This document shows positions 29,251-38,792 of a stretch of 64,000 nt of DNA, piece by piece. The first letter of the stretch is position 1, and every line of letters begins with the position of its first letter. The stretch spans positions 32,001 to 96,000 of the forward strand of contig JAHLWR010000014.1 in the NCBI GenBank assembly GCA_019057815.1, read 5' to 3'. Both the position numbers and the translations under genes were made by a program. This DNA is from Candidatus Heimdallarchaeota archaeon. Lineage in GTDB: Archaea; Asgardarchaeota; Heimdallarchaeia; Heimdallarchaeales; Heimdallarchaeaceae. The notes below the pieces were generated by a model. It ran no database searches and had not been told where the DNA came from. It was given only the letters and a program-made list of their open reading frames with translations.

Positions 29251-30705
29251 TTATTTCATCTTTTTAGAAATCAAATAATTATTACCCCGTTGTACTATTT
29301 TCCCTTTGTTTAATAATATTTTAAGATCTGTTTCCAGGATATTAGAAGCATATCTCTTGTAGCGCTCTGGTAAATCTTTTTCTGTAATTTCAAGTAAATC
29401 TTGATTTGAATTGATACCTTGTTTGATTGCTTTATAAAGAATTTTAGTTCTGTGTTTAATGTTTTTCTTGTTTGCTTTAATATTTTTCTTGACATTATCC
29501 AAAATTCCTCCTTCGCCAGGAAGACCATATTTAACATGTAAAGATAATATTTTCTCTAAGCTTTGAACATAGCAAGTTGCTGAACCCTTTTTATGATCAA
29601 TCAAACATACAGTTTCTTTTAACAGAATTCCTCCAACGAACAAAATCTTCCTTGTGTCATAAAATCCTAGTAAACCTTCTGTATGACCTGGAAGGGATAT
29701 AACTTCAATTCCCCATTCTTTTTTAAAGAGAGATTTATGGCCTATTGATTTATAATCTCCCAATTTGATAAAATCTCCGTTTTTTAAAGTTTGAGCGACC
29801 TTAATTCCTTTTTCTTCTAGAATTTTTGCTGTATTATCAGAAGCATAAATCGGTATGTTATATTTTTCTTTAAGATATTTAGCAAAATTACAATTAGATT
29901 CATGATGATGACTAACAAGAATACCTTCAATTGACATAATGTTGTTTTGAACATATTCCTCCAAATTTGATAAGGCTTTAAGATCCTCAGCTCCTGGGTC
30001 TAGAATATATTTTCTTTTATCTCCAATAACATAGATGTTTGAAACTGAGACTTTAATATGAGTCAAGCCTGGAACAGTGAATCTTAGAATATGGGGAAAA
30101 ACGTAAGTTTGAATATGGTTCTGAGCACTTTGTTCTGTTTGAGTGTGTGAGATTTCAGTGATGTTGAAGTCTTTATCTCTATAAGTTTCTATTAAATGAA
30201 CAACAAAAGGGCTGAAAATTTTAGATATTCTATTAAATTCCTTTTCAATGCTTTTTAACGAGAACCATTTAAATTTGGGAATCGGTTTATCTTTTTTCAT
30301 TTTCATATTAAAAGGCGCTAATATACTATAACTTTGAATCTCATATTTTCTAGAACCCTCAAGATGTGTGATATTACAACAAGGAATTATTAGATGTAAC
30401 ATGTTACTTATCATCAATGTATCAGCTACAAGAATATGACTGTAAACCTCTTCATGCTTCTTTTCTAGAGTAGACTTATGGAAAGAGTAAAAAAGAGTCT
30501 TTTGAACAAGAAGACGAATTACACTCAGTCTATTGAGTAGATCTGTGATAATATCTCCTTCTTTTCCTCGTATTTTTTTAGTGAGGATAATGTCTTCTTC
30601 AGTTATAAAATCAGTAAACTTCTGCCAAATCTTAGGACCAGAAAAAAAGGGATAATGACCTTTAATTAACAGAAATTCAGTATTCCCTTCCTTAATCGAA
30701 AACAA
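29251..30705 (-). CDS. Metallo-beta-lactamase fold protein (LACTB2-like) with degenerate metal ligands and N-terminal extension
   Basis: SNIYVIG, ILDPG, SHHHESNC, LPGHT, FVGG, LPGEG, C-terminal winged helix. Confidence 0.7.
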   Translation of the reverse strand: MFSIKEGNTEFLLIKGHYPFFSGPKIWQKFTDFITEEDIILTKKIRGKEGDIITDLLNRLSVIRLLVQKTLFYSFHKSTLEKKHEEVYSHILVADTLMISNMLHLIIPCCNITHLEGSRKYEIQSYSILAPFNMKMKKDKPIPKFKWFSLKSIEKEFNRISKIFSPFVVHLIETYRDKDFNITEISHTQTEQSAQNHIQTYVFPHILRFTVPGLTHIKVSVSNIYVIGDKRKYILDPGAEDLKALSNLEEYVQNNIMSIEGILVSHHHESNCNFAKYLKEKYNIPIYASDNTAKILEEKGIKVAQTLKNGDFIKLGDYKSIGHKSLFKKEWGIEVISLPGHTEGLLGFYDTRKILFVGGILLKETVCLIDHKKGSATCYVQSLEKILSLHVKYGLPGEGGILDNVKKNIKANKKNIKHRTKILYKAIKQGINSNQDLLEITEKDLPERYKRYASNILETDLKILLNKGKIVQRGNNYLISKKMK

Positions 30706-30787
30706 ATAATCCCAATTCCTTTTTGAACATTCATTCGTTTACTCAACTTTTCGAGATATTTTATTCAACAATGTGAAGAGATATATT

Positions 30788-32215
30788 CTATATAAGCTCA
30801 ACATCATGACTTGTAGATTCTTTCCTACCTGCAGCGGTGATTTGGATGAATTCAGCATTTTTCTGCATTTCTTCAAGGTTTTTTGCACCACAATAACTCA
30901 TCCCTGAACGAAGTCCACCAACAAGTTGGAAGATTACTTCAGTAGCTGTTCCGCGGTAGGGTACCATAGCTTCGACACCTTCAGGGACAACAGAACCATA
31001 ATCTAGTTCATCAAATGAACCCTTTTTCTCTCTGGATTCTCTTCCAATAGTTGCACCTAAAGAAGCCATACCTCTAACAACTTTGTATCGCTGTCCATGT
31101 CTAAGAATTGGTACTCCAGGACTCTCTTCTGTTCCAGCAAGTAGACCCCCAATCATAACAGTGGATGCTCCAGCAGCAATAGCTTTAGTTATGTCACCAG
31201 ACGTTCTAATCCCGCCATCAGAGATTAGAGGAATATTATGTTCTTTAGCTACTTTTGCACAATCTATTATAGCAGTTAACTGAGGAACACCGCTTCCAGC
31301 TACCAATCTTGTTATACAGATCGAACCACTTCCAACACCTACTTTGATAGAATCACATCCTGCTTCAATTAACTCCAGAGTTCCATCACCAGTTGCTACA
31401 TTTCCAGCTATTAGCTCTATATCACCAAAAATCTTACGAATTTCTTTAATTGTGTCAAGGGTCAGAATAGAATGTCCATGAGCGATATCAATAACTAGCG
31501 CATCTACATCTGCGTTGATGAGTGCTTCAGCTCTTTGGATATAATCACCACGTACTCCTATTGCTGCACCAACTAATAGTCTCCCTTTTGCATCTTTAGA
31601 AGAATCAGGTAAAATTTTACTTTTAATAATGTCTTTTGATGTAATTAATCCTCTTAATTTCTTGTTTGAATCAACTAAAGGCAGTTTTTCTATTCTATTT
31701 TTTTGTAAAATTACTTTAGCCTCTTCAATTGATATAGAAGGATCAGCTGTTATAAGGTCTGTAGACATTAATTCTGAGATTTTCATATCGCCATTTTCTC
31801 CAAAAACAATGTCTCTATTGGTAAGTATTCCGACAAGGTTATCCCCGTTATCTGTGACTAAAATCCCAGAGATACCCTTCTCTTCCATTAATTTCTTAGC
31901 AACCTGCAATGTATGAGAAGGAGTTAAACAATAGGGGGAGTCAATTCTAATCATTTCAGAACGCTTAACTTTGTTGACTTCTTCAACTTGATCGGGAACA
32001 CTCATAAACCTGTGAATTATCCCTATTCCTCCTTGTTGAGCACAGACAATAGCCATCTTGTGCTCACATACTGTATCCATATTAGCAGCAACAATAGGGA
32101 TATTTAGTTTAATATTTCTTGAAAGCTTTGTAGAAGTAACAACATCTTTTCTAGAAGTAACATAAGACTTCTTAGGAACAAGAAGAACATCATCAAAAGT
32201 GTATGCCTTTTTCAT
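30788..32215 (-). CDS. guaB: Inosine-5'-monophosphate dehydrogenase
   Basis: [12 protein letters not shown] pair, [29 protein letters not shown]. Confidence 0.96.
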   Translation of the reverse strand: MKKAYTFDDVLLVPKKSYVTSRKDVVTSTKLSRNIKLNIPIVAANMDTVCEHKMAIVCAQQGGIGIIHRFMSVPDQVEEVNKVKRSEMIRIDSPYCLTPSHTLQVAKKLMEEKGISGILVTDNGDNLVGILTNRDIVFGENGDMKISELMSTDLITADPSISIEEAKVILQKNRIEKLPLVDSNKKLRGLITSKDIIKSKILPDSSKDAKGRLLVGAAIGVRGDYIQRAEALINADVDALVIDIAHGHSILTLDTIKEIRKIFGDIELIAGNVATGDGTLELIEAGCDSIKVGVGSGSICITRLVAGSGVPQLTAIIDCAKVAKEHNIPLISDGGIRTSGDITKAIAAGASTVMIGGLLAGTEESPGVPILRHGQRYKVVRGMASLGATIGRESREKKGSFDELDYGSVVPEGVEAMVPYRGTATEVIFQLVGGLRSGMSYCGAKNLEEMQKNAEFIQITAAGRKESTSHDVELI

Positions 32216-32402
32216 AACCTTTCGTCAACTTTGATTCTGAGCTGTTTATAAAGTTTTTAGTAAAGTTTCTAGTTCGAATTATGGAGAGGTGAGCAAAATT
32301 TTTAGAATTTAGCATAAAAAGAACAAATGCAAGTCTATCCTTTTTACAATAAATTTTTAAAAAGCATAATAATTTGGTATTACGTAATAGGAGAAGTATA
32401 AG

Positions 32403-33359
32403 ATGAAGAGATATTTAGTTACTGGTTCATATGGGCAAATAGGACAGGCTTTAATCCCAGCTATGTTAGAAAGATATGGAAAAGAAAATGTTGTTGCTAC
32501 AGGTAGAAAAAAGAAAATTCCTCTTTTTAAAGAACATGACGTTATATATCATAGATTAGATGTTAGAGATCAATTCGGTTTGAGATCCTTAATAGTGGAA
32601 TATGACATTGACATCGTAATTCATAATGCTTCAGTTCTTTCAGCTACTGGTGAAAAAAACCCACAATTAGCTCATTCTATTAACTTTGAGGGTTTCTATA
32701 ATGTTCTAGAAGCAACAAGAGAGCTAAATCTAGAGCAATTGTTTGCACCTTCTTCAATTGCAGTATTTGGTCCCTCGACACCTTTAGAAAACACACCAAA
32801 TAATACAATAATGCGTCCAACAACAATTTACGGGATTTCAAAAGTATATTCTGAGTTAATGGGAGAATATTATAACCAGAAATATGGAATCAACTTCAGA
32901 AGTTTAAGGTATCCTGGTGTCCTATCTCCAGATGAACCAGGTGGAGGAACTACTGATTATGCTATATGGATCTTTTACGAAGCACTGAAAACAAAAATGT
33001 ACAAATGCTTCCTAGGTCCTGATGTCAGACTACCTATGATGCTTATGAGTGATTGCCTAAAATCTACTTTTGATCTATTGGAAGCTGATGACTCCAAACT
33101 TACGGATCGCTCATTCAATGTTACAGCTATGAGCTTTACTCCAGAAGAACTAGCAGCTGAAATCAAAAAGTATATTCCTGATTTTAACATAGTTTATGAA
33201 ACTGATTTCAGGGATAAAATAGCCCGATCATGGCCTCAATCATTGGATGACGATGAAGCACGAAAACAGTGGGGTTGGGAACCAGAATTTAAATTCGAGA
33301 AGATGGTAGAAGTAATGATTGAAGGAATAAGTCAAAAATTGGGAATAGACTATAAGTAA
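32403..33359 (+). CDS. L-threonine 3-dehydrogenase (extended SDR)
   Basis: TGSYGQIG, LSATGEKNP, PSSIAVFG, YGISK, PGGGTTDYA, IARSWP. Confidence 0.88.
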   Translation: MKRYLVTGSYGQIGQALIPAMLERYGKENVVATGRKKKIPLFKEHDVIYHRLDVRDQFGLRSLIVEYDIDIVIHNASVLSATGEKNPQLAHSINFEGFYNVLEATRELNLEQLFAPSSIAVFGPSTPLENTPNNTIMRPTTIYGISKVYSELMGEYYNQKYGINFRSLRYPGVLSPDEPGGGTTDYAIWIFYEALKTKMYKCFLGPDVRLPMMLMSDCLKSTFDLLEADDSKLTDRSFNVTAMSFTPEELAAEIKKYIPDFNIVYETDFRDKIARSWPQSLDDDEARKQWGWEPEFKFEKMVEVMIEGISQKLGIDYK

Positions 33360-33485
33360 AATGAAGCTTAAAGCCTTTATTTCTTTTTAAACCTTTATCA
33401 ATTTTGTCATTTTATTGATTTTATTTATTACTAATTAATGACACTGCACAAACTTAATAAAATATTTATCTAATTAAATATTAAG

Positions 33486-34436
33486 TTGGGCTCGAGTAAT
33501 GGTGAAGAAGTACTTTCCAAAGATAAAAGAGGTATCCCTTTAGTTATTGCTGGATTACCTCAAGCTGGAAAAACTACTTTTGTTCAAAGACTTATAACAG
33601 GTAAATTCAATAAACCAAGTGCCACAATGGGAGTAAATTTCGAAACTATAAAAATAGGAGGTATAAAATTCGATGTTTTTGATTTAGGAGGACATCAGAC
33701 TTTTCGAGATACCATCTGGACAAATTATATCAAAATGGCTTATGGGTTTATTTTTATTATTGATTCATCTGATACTGATAATTTCAGTTTAGCAAAAAAA
33801 GAATTCTGGAGATGTGTTGATCTTAAAGAAGAAGATGAAGAATTTTTGATACTTTTTATCTGCAATAAATCCGATCTTACAGAGAGCGAGAGTTTAGAAA
33901 CTATAATTAATGAATTAGAACTATACAAACTTTCTGAAAAAATAAATGCTTCTTACTATTTCATTAAAACAAGTATGAAAACTGGAGAAAATGTCAATGA
34001 ATCTTTAAACTGGTTACAAAACAATTCACAAAAAATAGCTTCAAATAAAAGGATCACCCCCTTAATGTTCTCATTAACTGAAACTAATGGTTTACCAATT
34101 ATAGAACTCGATAGAATAGGATTAAAAGAAGATCCTTCCTTGATTTCAGGATTCTTGTCTGCAATTAATAGTTTCAGTCAACAATTATTCAAAAAAAATA
34201 ATTCTCTTCAATACTTTGTATCAGGAGCTTATAAGTACGTTTTAACTTCAAATGAAGAGTATATTTTCTCGCTAATTATCCCAAATAATGAACAACACGA
34301 AGAAGCGAGAAGAATCTTAGATTTAATCCAAGACTATATTAGAAATGTGAAAAATTCTACTGATTTGGAAGGGTTCCTTTTCGATATCCTAAAAATTGAC
34401 CCCTCAAACTACAAGATAACAAGTGCTTTCAAGTAA
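33486..34436 (+). CDS. Arf/Sar-like small GTPase fused to a C-terminal longin/roadblock-like domain
   Basis: GLPQAGKTT, ATMG, FDLGGH..FR..W, NKSD; C-terminal NGLPI...LISGFLSAINSFS. Confidence 0.85.
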   Translation: MGSSNGEEVLSKDKRGIPLVIAGLPQAGKTTFVQRLITGKFNKPSATMGVNFETIKIGGIKFDVFDLGGHQTFRDTIWTNYIKMAYGFIFIIDSSDTDNFSLAKKEFWRCVDLKEEDEEFLILFICNKSDLTESESLETIINELELYKLSEKINASYYFIKTSMKTGENVNESLNWLQNNSQKIASNKRITPLMFSLTETNGLPIIELDRIGLKEDPSLISGFLSAINSFSQQLFKKNNSLQYFVSGAYKYVLTSNEEYIFSLIIPNNEQHEEARRILDLIQDYIRNVKNSTDLEGFLFDILKIDPSNYKITSAFK

Positions 34437-34521
34437 ATCGACTCAAAATAAGTTAGCTTCATTACATTTTTTATTAAGAGCTATTTGGGAAAATACTTAA
34501 AGTCTAAGTGAGATTTTACAT

Positions 34522-35901
34522 ATGGTTGAGCATTTTTTCTATCCTAAAACCATTGCGATTATAGGAGCTACAGAAGATTCAAAGAAGTTTGGAAACGCAG
34601 TAACTATCAACTTATTAGAGAATGAATCCCTAAAGAGTGAAATATTCCCAGTTAACCCTAAATCAGAAATTATCTGTAATCTCAAATCATACCCAAGTGT
34701 TCTAGAGATTCCAAAAGAAATTGACTTAGCTATTATTCTAGTTCCTAGTAAGGTTGTTTCTTTCGTAGTAAATCAATGTATAGAAAAAAAAGTTAAGAGA
34801 TTGATTATCGTTTCAGCTGGTTTTGGTGAAATAAATGAAGAAGGTAAAAATGTTCAAGATACGATAGCTAAAAAGTGCAAAGAAGCTGATATTAGAGTAA
34901 TGGGTCCCAACTGTGTTGGTATCCAGAATCTGGACATTGGTATGAATGCTTCATTTATTCAGACACCATTAAAAGGAAATGTATCTATGATTACTCAATC
35001 TGGCTCATTCGGTGCAGCTTGTTTATATGAGATGGATTGGCAAGGATTAGGTTTTTCAAAGTTTGTAAACCTAGGAAACATGATTGATGTCAACTATACA
35101 GACATATTAGAATATATGAAAGATGACAATAATAGTGAAGTTGTTTGCATTTACCTTGAGAATGTAGTTGATGGTAGGAAATTTTATTCTAAATTGAAGG
35201 AAGTAGCAAAAATAAAACCAACAGTTGTACTTAAAGGTGGTAGAACGATTTCAGGTATGAAAAGTGCTTCAAGCCATACTGGATCGATGGCTACCAGTTA
35301 TTCTTCTCTCAAAACAGCTGTTAAACAAGCTGGAGCTATAATGTGTGAGAATCTACCAGACTATATAGCCGCTATCAAAGCTTTCGCATTACTTCCAATT
35401 CCTGAAGGAGAAAAAATAGCTGTTCTATCAAATAGTGGTGGGAGTGCTGTTTTATTTAGCGATAACGCTGAAGAATATGGACTAGAACTTGCAGAATTTA
35501 GTGAAGAATTAAAGCAGAAAATAGATCCTTTTCTAATTTCTTTAGTTAAGAAAGTGAATCCCCTGGATATGATAGCTGGAGCTGCAGAGGAAGAATATTA
35601 TCAAGTTACAAAAACAATGCTTGAAGATCCAAATATAGACATTGTAGTTCCATGTAGTGTTATTCCCACATTTCTCGGTATGCAACCTGATGAACATTTC
35701 AAAGGTGTAATAAGAGCATGGAACGAAACAAGAAGGAAGAAACCTATGTTACCCCTTATGATGAGTGGAAATCTATTAAAACCGATTAAGGAAATAGCGA
35801 GAAAAGAAAAAGTACCTATCTTCTTATCACCTAAAGAAACAGCTTATGCTGCAAAAGTTTTAGTAGATTTAATGAGAAAAAGAAATCACGACAAAATATA
35901 A
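34522..35901 (+). CDS. acdA: ADP-forming acyl-CoA synthetase, alpha subunit
   Basis: IAIIGAT, PVNPK, SAGFGE, GPNCVG, QSG, ASSHTGS phospho-His, SNSGG, NPLD. Confidence 0.88.
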   Translation: MVEHFFYPKTIAIIGATEDSKKFGNAVTINLLENESLKSEIFPVNPKSEIICNLKSYPSVLEIPKEIDLAIILVPSKVVSFVVNQCIEKKVKRLIIVSAGFGEINEEGKNVQDTIAKKCKEADIRVMGPNCVGIQNLDIGMNASFIQTPLKGNVSMITQSGSFGAACLYEMDWQGLGFSKFVNLGNMIDVNYTDILEYMKDDNNSEVVCIYLENVVDGRKFYSKLKEVAKIKPTVVLKGGRTISGMKSASSHTGSMATSYSSLKTAVKQAGAIMCENLPDYIAAIKAFALLPIPEGEKIAVLSNSGGSAVLFSDNAEEYGLELAEFSEELKQKIDPFLISLVKKVNPLDMIAGAAEEEYYQVTKTMLEDPNIDIVVPCSVIPTFLGMQPDEHFKGVIRAWNETRRKKPMLPLMMSGNLLKPIKEIARKEKVPIFLSPKETAYAAKVLVDLMRKRNHDKI

Positions 35902-36128
35902 CTTTCTTCCAACATCTTCTTTATTTTCTCAGCATCTTGAATATATTTTGGGTAAGAATCGGTTCTATCTTCCAGATAATTATTAAGATCGTCCATTTTC
36001 TTGATTTGACCTTTATCAATTAATCTAAGAGTGTTGAGAAGAAGAAGAAGGCTAATTTTTTCTCTTCTACACCTGTGAATCAAATTAATCGACTTAGCAA
36101 AAAAATAAGAATTGTCGGATTTTTGCAT
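35886..36128 (-). CDS. Small hypothetical protein
   Basis: 80-aa ORF with host-like composition. Confidence 0.5.
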   Translation of the reverse strand: MQKSDNSYFFAKSINLIHRCRREKISLLLLLNTLRLIDKGQIKKMDDLNNYLEDRTDSYPKYIQDAEKIKKMLEESYILS

Positions 36129-36191
36129 TCTATCTAATCATTCTGAGATTCATATTTATACTTGTGTCACACCCATTTTATACAAGATGGT

Positions 36192-36458
36192 TTAGGATGT
36201 TTGAATAGCTTTTTTAGAAAGAATTCTTAAAAAAATGTAATGATATAATGCATATGAAAAAATAAGAAACAAGAAAACTATACCCCAAATTTCAGGAACC
36301 CATGCAACTGTTTTCTTTTCAATGAACCTTAAAAATAATACAATACCCAGAGATACTATCAACATAGCAAAACTTGCTAGGGTTGAAACTAACCAAATAC
36401 TAATTTTCGGTTCTTCGTTCATTTCTTCCACTCTCTGGAGAATCGATTTTCTCTTCAT
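36192..36458 (-). CDS. Small two-TM membrane protein
   Basis: Two hydrophobic helices; coupled to the upstream gene. Confidence 0.6.
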   Translation of the reverse strand: MKRKSILQRVEEMNEEPKISIWLVSTLASFAMLIVSLGIVLFLRFIEKKTVAWVPEIWGIVFLFLIFSYALYHYIFLRILSKKAIQTS

Positions 36459-36714
36459 TTTCTTTTCCTTCTGGGGTTATTGAAGTTATTAAACTTTCCA
36501 GAGGAGGAGCAACTATTCTGGGCTTAAAAAGTTTGTAAATTGAATGAATTACTAGACCAATAGAAGCTAAACAGACAATAATTGATACTATCCAGAATGC
36601 CAAGTTGTTAGTATAAGCAGCTAGAACTAAAATTCCTACTAGTAAACCTAATAAAAATATTAAATAAATGACTATTGTTTTTTTCTTAGTTTTTGGTGAA
36701 TACTTAACTAACAC
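36400..36714 (-). CDS. Small two-TM membrane protein
   Basis: GGTGA Shine-Dalgarno upstream; two hydrophobic helices and a charged tail. Confidence 0.6.
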   Translation of the reverse strand: MLVKYSPKTKKKTIVIYLIFLLGLLVGILVLAAYTNNLAFWIVSIIVCLASIGLVIHSIYKLFKPRIVAPPLESLITSITPEGKENEEKIDSPESGRNERRTEN

Positions 36715-36722
36715 AATATCAC

Positions 36723-37022
36723 CTATTTCCGAATCTGACTTTCTTTCAAATCGTTTTCTCGTTCTTTTTGAATCAACATCGAAATAAGATTAATTGAGAT
36801 ATAAAGAAGAACTGCAAAGAATAACCAACCAAAAAGACCCCAAATAGAGTATATTCCTATACTTTGCCATTTTCCAAAAATTATCGTAAAGAAGCTGATA
36901 ATAATTACTGTACCAAATATGAAGATAGAACCTATAAGTATAATCTTCCCATACAAAGTCTGCTTTTTAAAATAGAAGATTTTTTTGAGTCGTTTTTGCT
37001 CTTCTTTATCTTCAGAACTCAT
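36723..37022 (-). CDS. Small two-TM membrane protein
   Basis: Two hydrophobic helices with charged termini. Confidence 0.6.
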   Translation of the reverse strand: MSSEDKEEQKRLKKIFYFKKQTLYGKIILIGSIFIFGTVIIISFFTIIFGKWQSIGIYSIWGLFGWLFFAVLLYISINLISMLIQKERENDLKESQIRK

Positions 37023-37110
37023 TGAATTTTACCTACAACATGCTATTATAAACATTTTCTGTTAAGCTTTTTACAAAAATTAATGGATAAAAAGAACAAC
37101 ACAAAATTCT

Positions 37111-38118
37111 TTATGTTTGAAGTTTATTAAGTAGTTCGAACAAAATCATTTGTTTTTCGAAAGGCAATGAATCTTTTGAATGAGTTTTAAGATTGAGAGA
37201 TTTAAACGCTTGAAAAATCCAGTCTAATTCTGACCTTAAGAAACTATAAGCTTCCATTGCTGTGAGTCCTGCGAGAGGTTTTGCTATTTCCTTGAAATAA
37301 GAAGAAGATCTACCCCCAAAGACAACCCCTTCGTCAACATTGACTACAACAAGATTGTGACCTGGTATAACGTTTTGAATATCATTAGTTCCAATTATAT
37401 CATAACCCATTTCTAAGGTTTTTAACCAGAATTTAACCTTGAGAATACGTGTAGGGGATAACAACCGCAAAGAATGTATCATGGGTTCGACTATACTTCG
37501 AGTTCCTGAAACTATCAAGGGTATTCCTACAACTAGTCCATATAAGATTCTATCTAAACCTTCAGGTATCAATCGACAAATAACTTCGTACGAAAGAAAT
37601 TCTTTTGACCCTTCTAAAACGCTATCTTTAGCTACATTCTTTAGTTTAATAAGTGAATCAAAATCTGTTAAATCTGTTTTTTCAAACACATTCATCATGT
37701 TTTTTTGAATATTAGAAAGGTAGTTTGCTAAGGAACCTTTTATTTTTAGGTTTATTTCATTATGGTACTTTAAAGCTTGATGAAAAGAAAATTGATGCTT
37801 TTCTTGAACTTGCTTGAATTCAGCCAGAAGTATTGGAAGTATAGTCCCATTAAAGGGAGAGTCTATATCTACTAGCAATGCAGCTATAAGCTCATTTTCT
37901 ATATAGAAATAGAGCATTTTACCTTCGAATTCAATCTCACGTGGAAATGAAAAAACTACTTCACTGCTTAGAGCTACAATAGCACTAATTAGACCTGTTA
38001 CTAAAGCATTATCAGGATGGTGTGCTTCAGTGAAACTATCATACTGGTAAAGTAGTTCACCATTCTTAGTAGTGATTAAGACCTTCATATTTTCCACTTG
38101 ATTTTGGCTGAAGCTCAT
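37111..38118 (-). CDS. Longin plus DENN/folliculin-like protein
   Basis: N-terminal NGELLY...LVTGLISAIV longin pattern; C-terminal ILYGLVVGIPLIVSG...IHSLRLLSP...YDIIGT...LVVVNVDEGVV resembles the core DENN domain. Confidence 0.6.
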   Translation of the reverse strand: MSFSQNQVENMKVLITTKNGELLYQYDSFTEAHHPDNALVTGLISAIVALSSEVVFSFPREIEFEGKMLYFYIENELIAALLVDIDSPFNGTILPILLAEFKQVQEKHQFSFHQALKYHNEINLKIKGSLANYLSNIQKNMMNVFEKTDLTDFDSLIKLKNVAKDSVLEGSKEFLSYEVICRLIPEGLDRILYGLVVGIPLIVSGTRSIVEPMIHSLRLLSPTRILKVKFWLKTLEMGYDIIGTNDIQNVIPGHNLVVVNVDEGVVFGGRSSSYFKEIAKPLAGLTAMEAYSFLRSELDWIFQAFKSLNLKTHSKDSLPFEKQMILFELLNKLQT

Positions 38119-38305
38119 TAGCGCACAAATAACTCTTGTATGCTATTTAAAGATGCATACTACTTGGATAATAATGAATCGAACCTATATGAACCCCATT
38201 ATAATGATGTGACAAATGTTATTTAAAGCAATATGTAAAGGCAAGAAAAACCTAAACAATGAAAATTCTGTTAGATCCACAGACTTTTTGTCCAAACAGC
38301 AGAAT

Positions 38306-38674
38306 TTAGAACCACCAAAACCAGCTACTAAATAATCCAAGCAAAACAAGAATAACTGGAATACCAAAGAAGAATAGTAATAGAAAAATTTTCAACCCTT
38401 TGGGAAAACCTGAACGATTTTGACTTTGATTATAAGGTTGAGTTCTTGGTAAAGCATCGTAAGAACCAGACATGGGGGGATTTGTTGGTTGATAAGTTGA
38501 AGGTCCTCTTACTTGTTGATAGGTAGCATTTCTTGATTCTTGGGATGGTGGAGTAACATATTCCTTTTGAGTAGAGGAGGTGGTTTTATGCATAGTATCA
38601 CCACAATTCTCGCAGAAGCTATTAGAAGAATGATTTCTTGCTCCACAGAAAGAACAGTAAATGTAATCGCTCAT
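38306..38674 (-). CDS. Zinc-ribbon membrane protein
   Basis: CSFCG..N......CENCG, Pro/Gln/Ser/Thr-rich linker, C-terminal TM; start re-called to ATG 38674. Confidence 0.75.
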   Translation of the reverse strand: MSDYIYCSFCGARNHSSNSFCENCGDTMHKTTSSTQKEYVTPPSQESRNATYQQVRGPSTYQPTNPPMSGSYDALPRTQPYNQSQNRSGFPKGLKIFLLLFFFGIPVILVLLGLFSSWFWWF

Positions 38675-38792
38675 AGACTTTTCAAGAAAATAATACAGAT
38701 ACATGTATATAAACCTATTAATTCCAGTTTTAGATGATAGTATAAAGAAGGAAAAGATTAAGAAATCTATCGGATAACGCAACAAATAGTAG

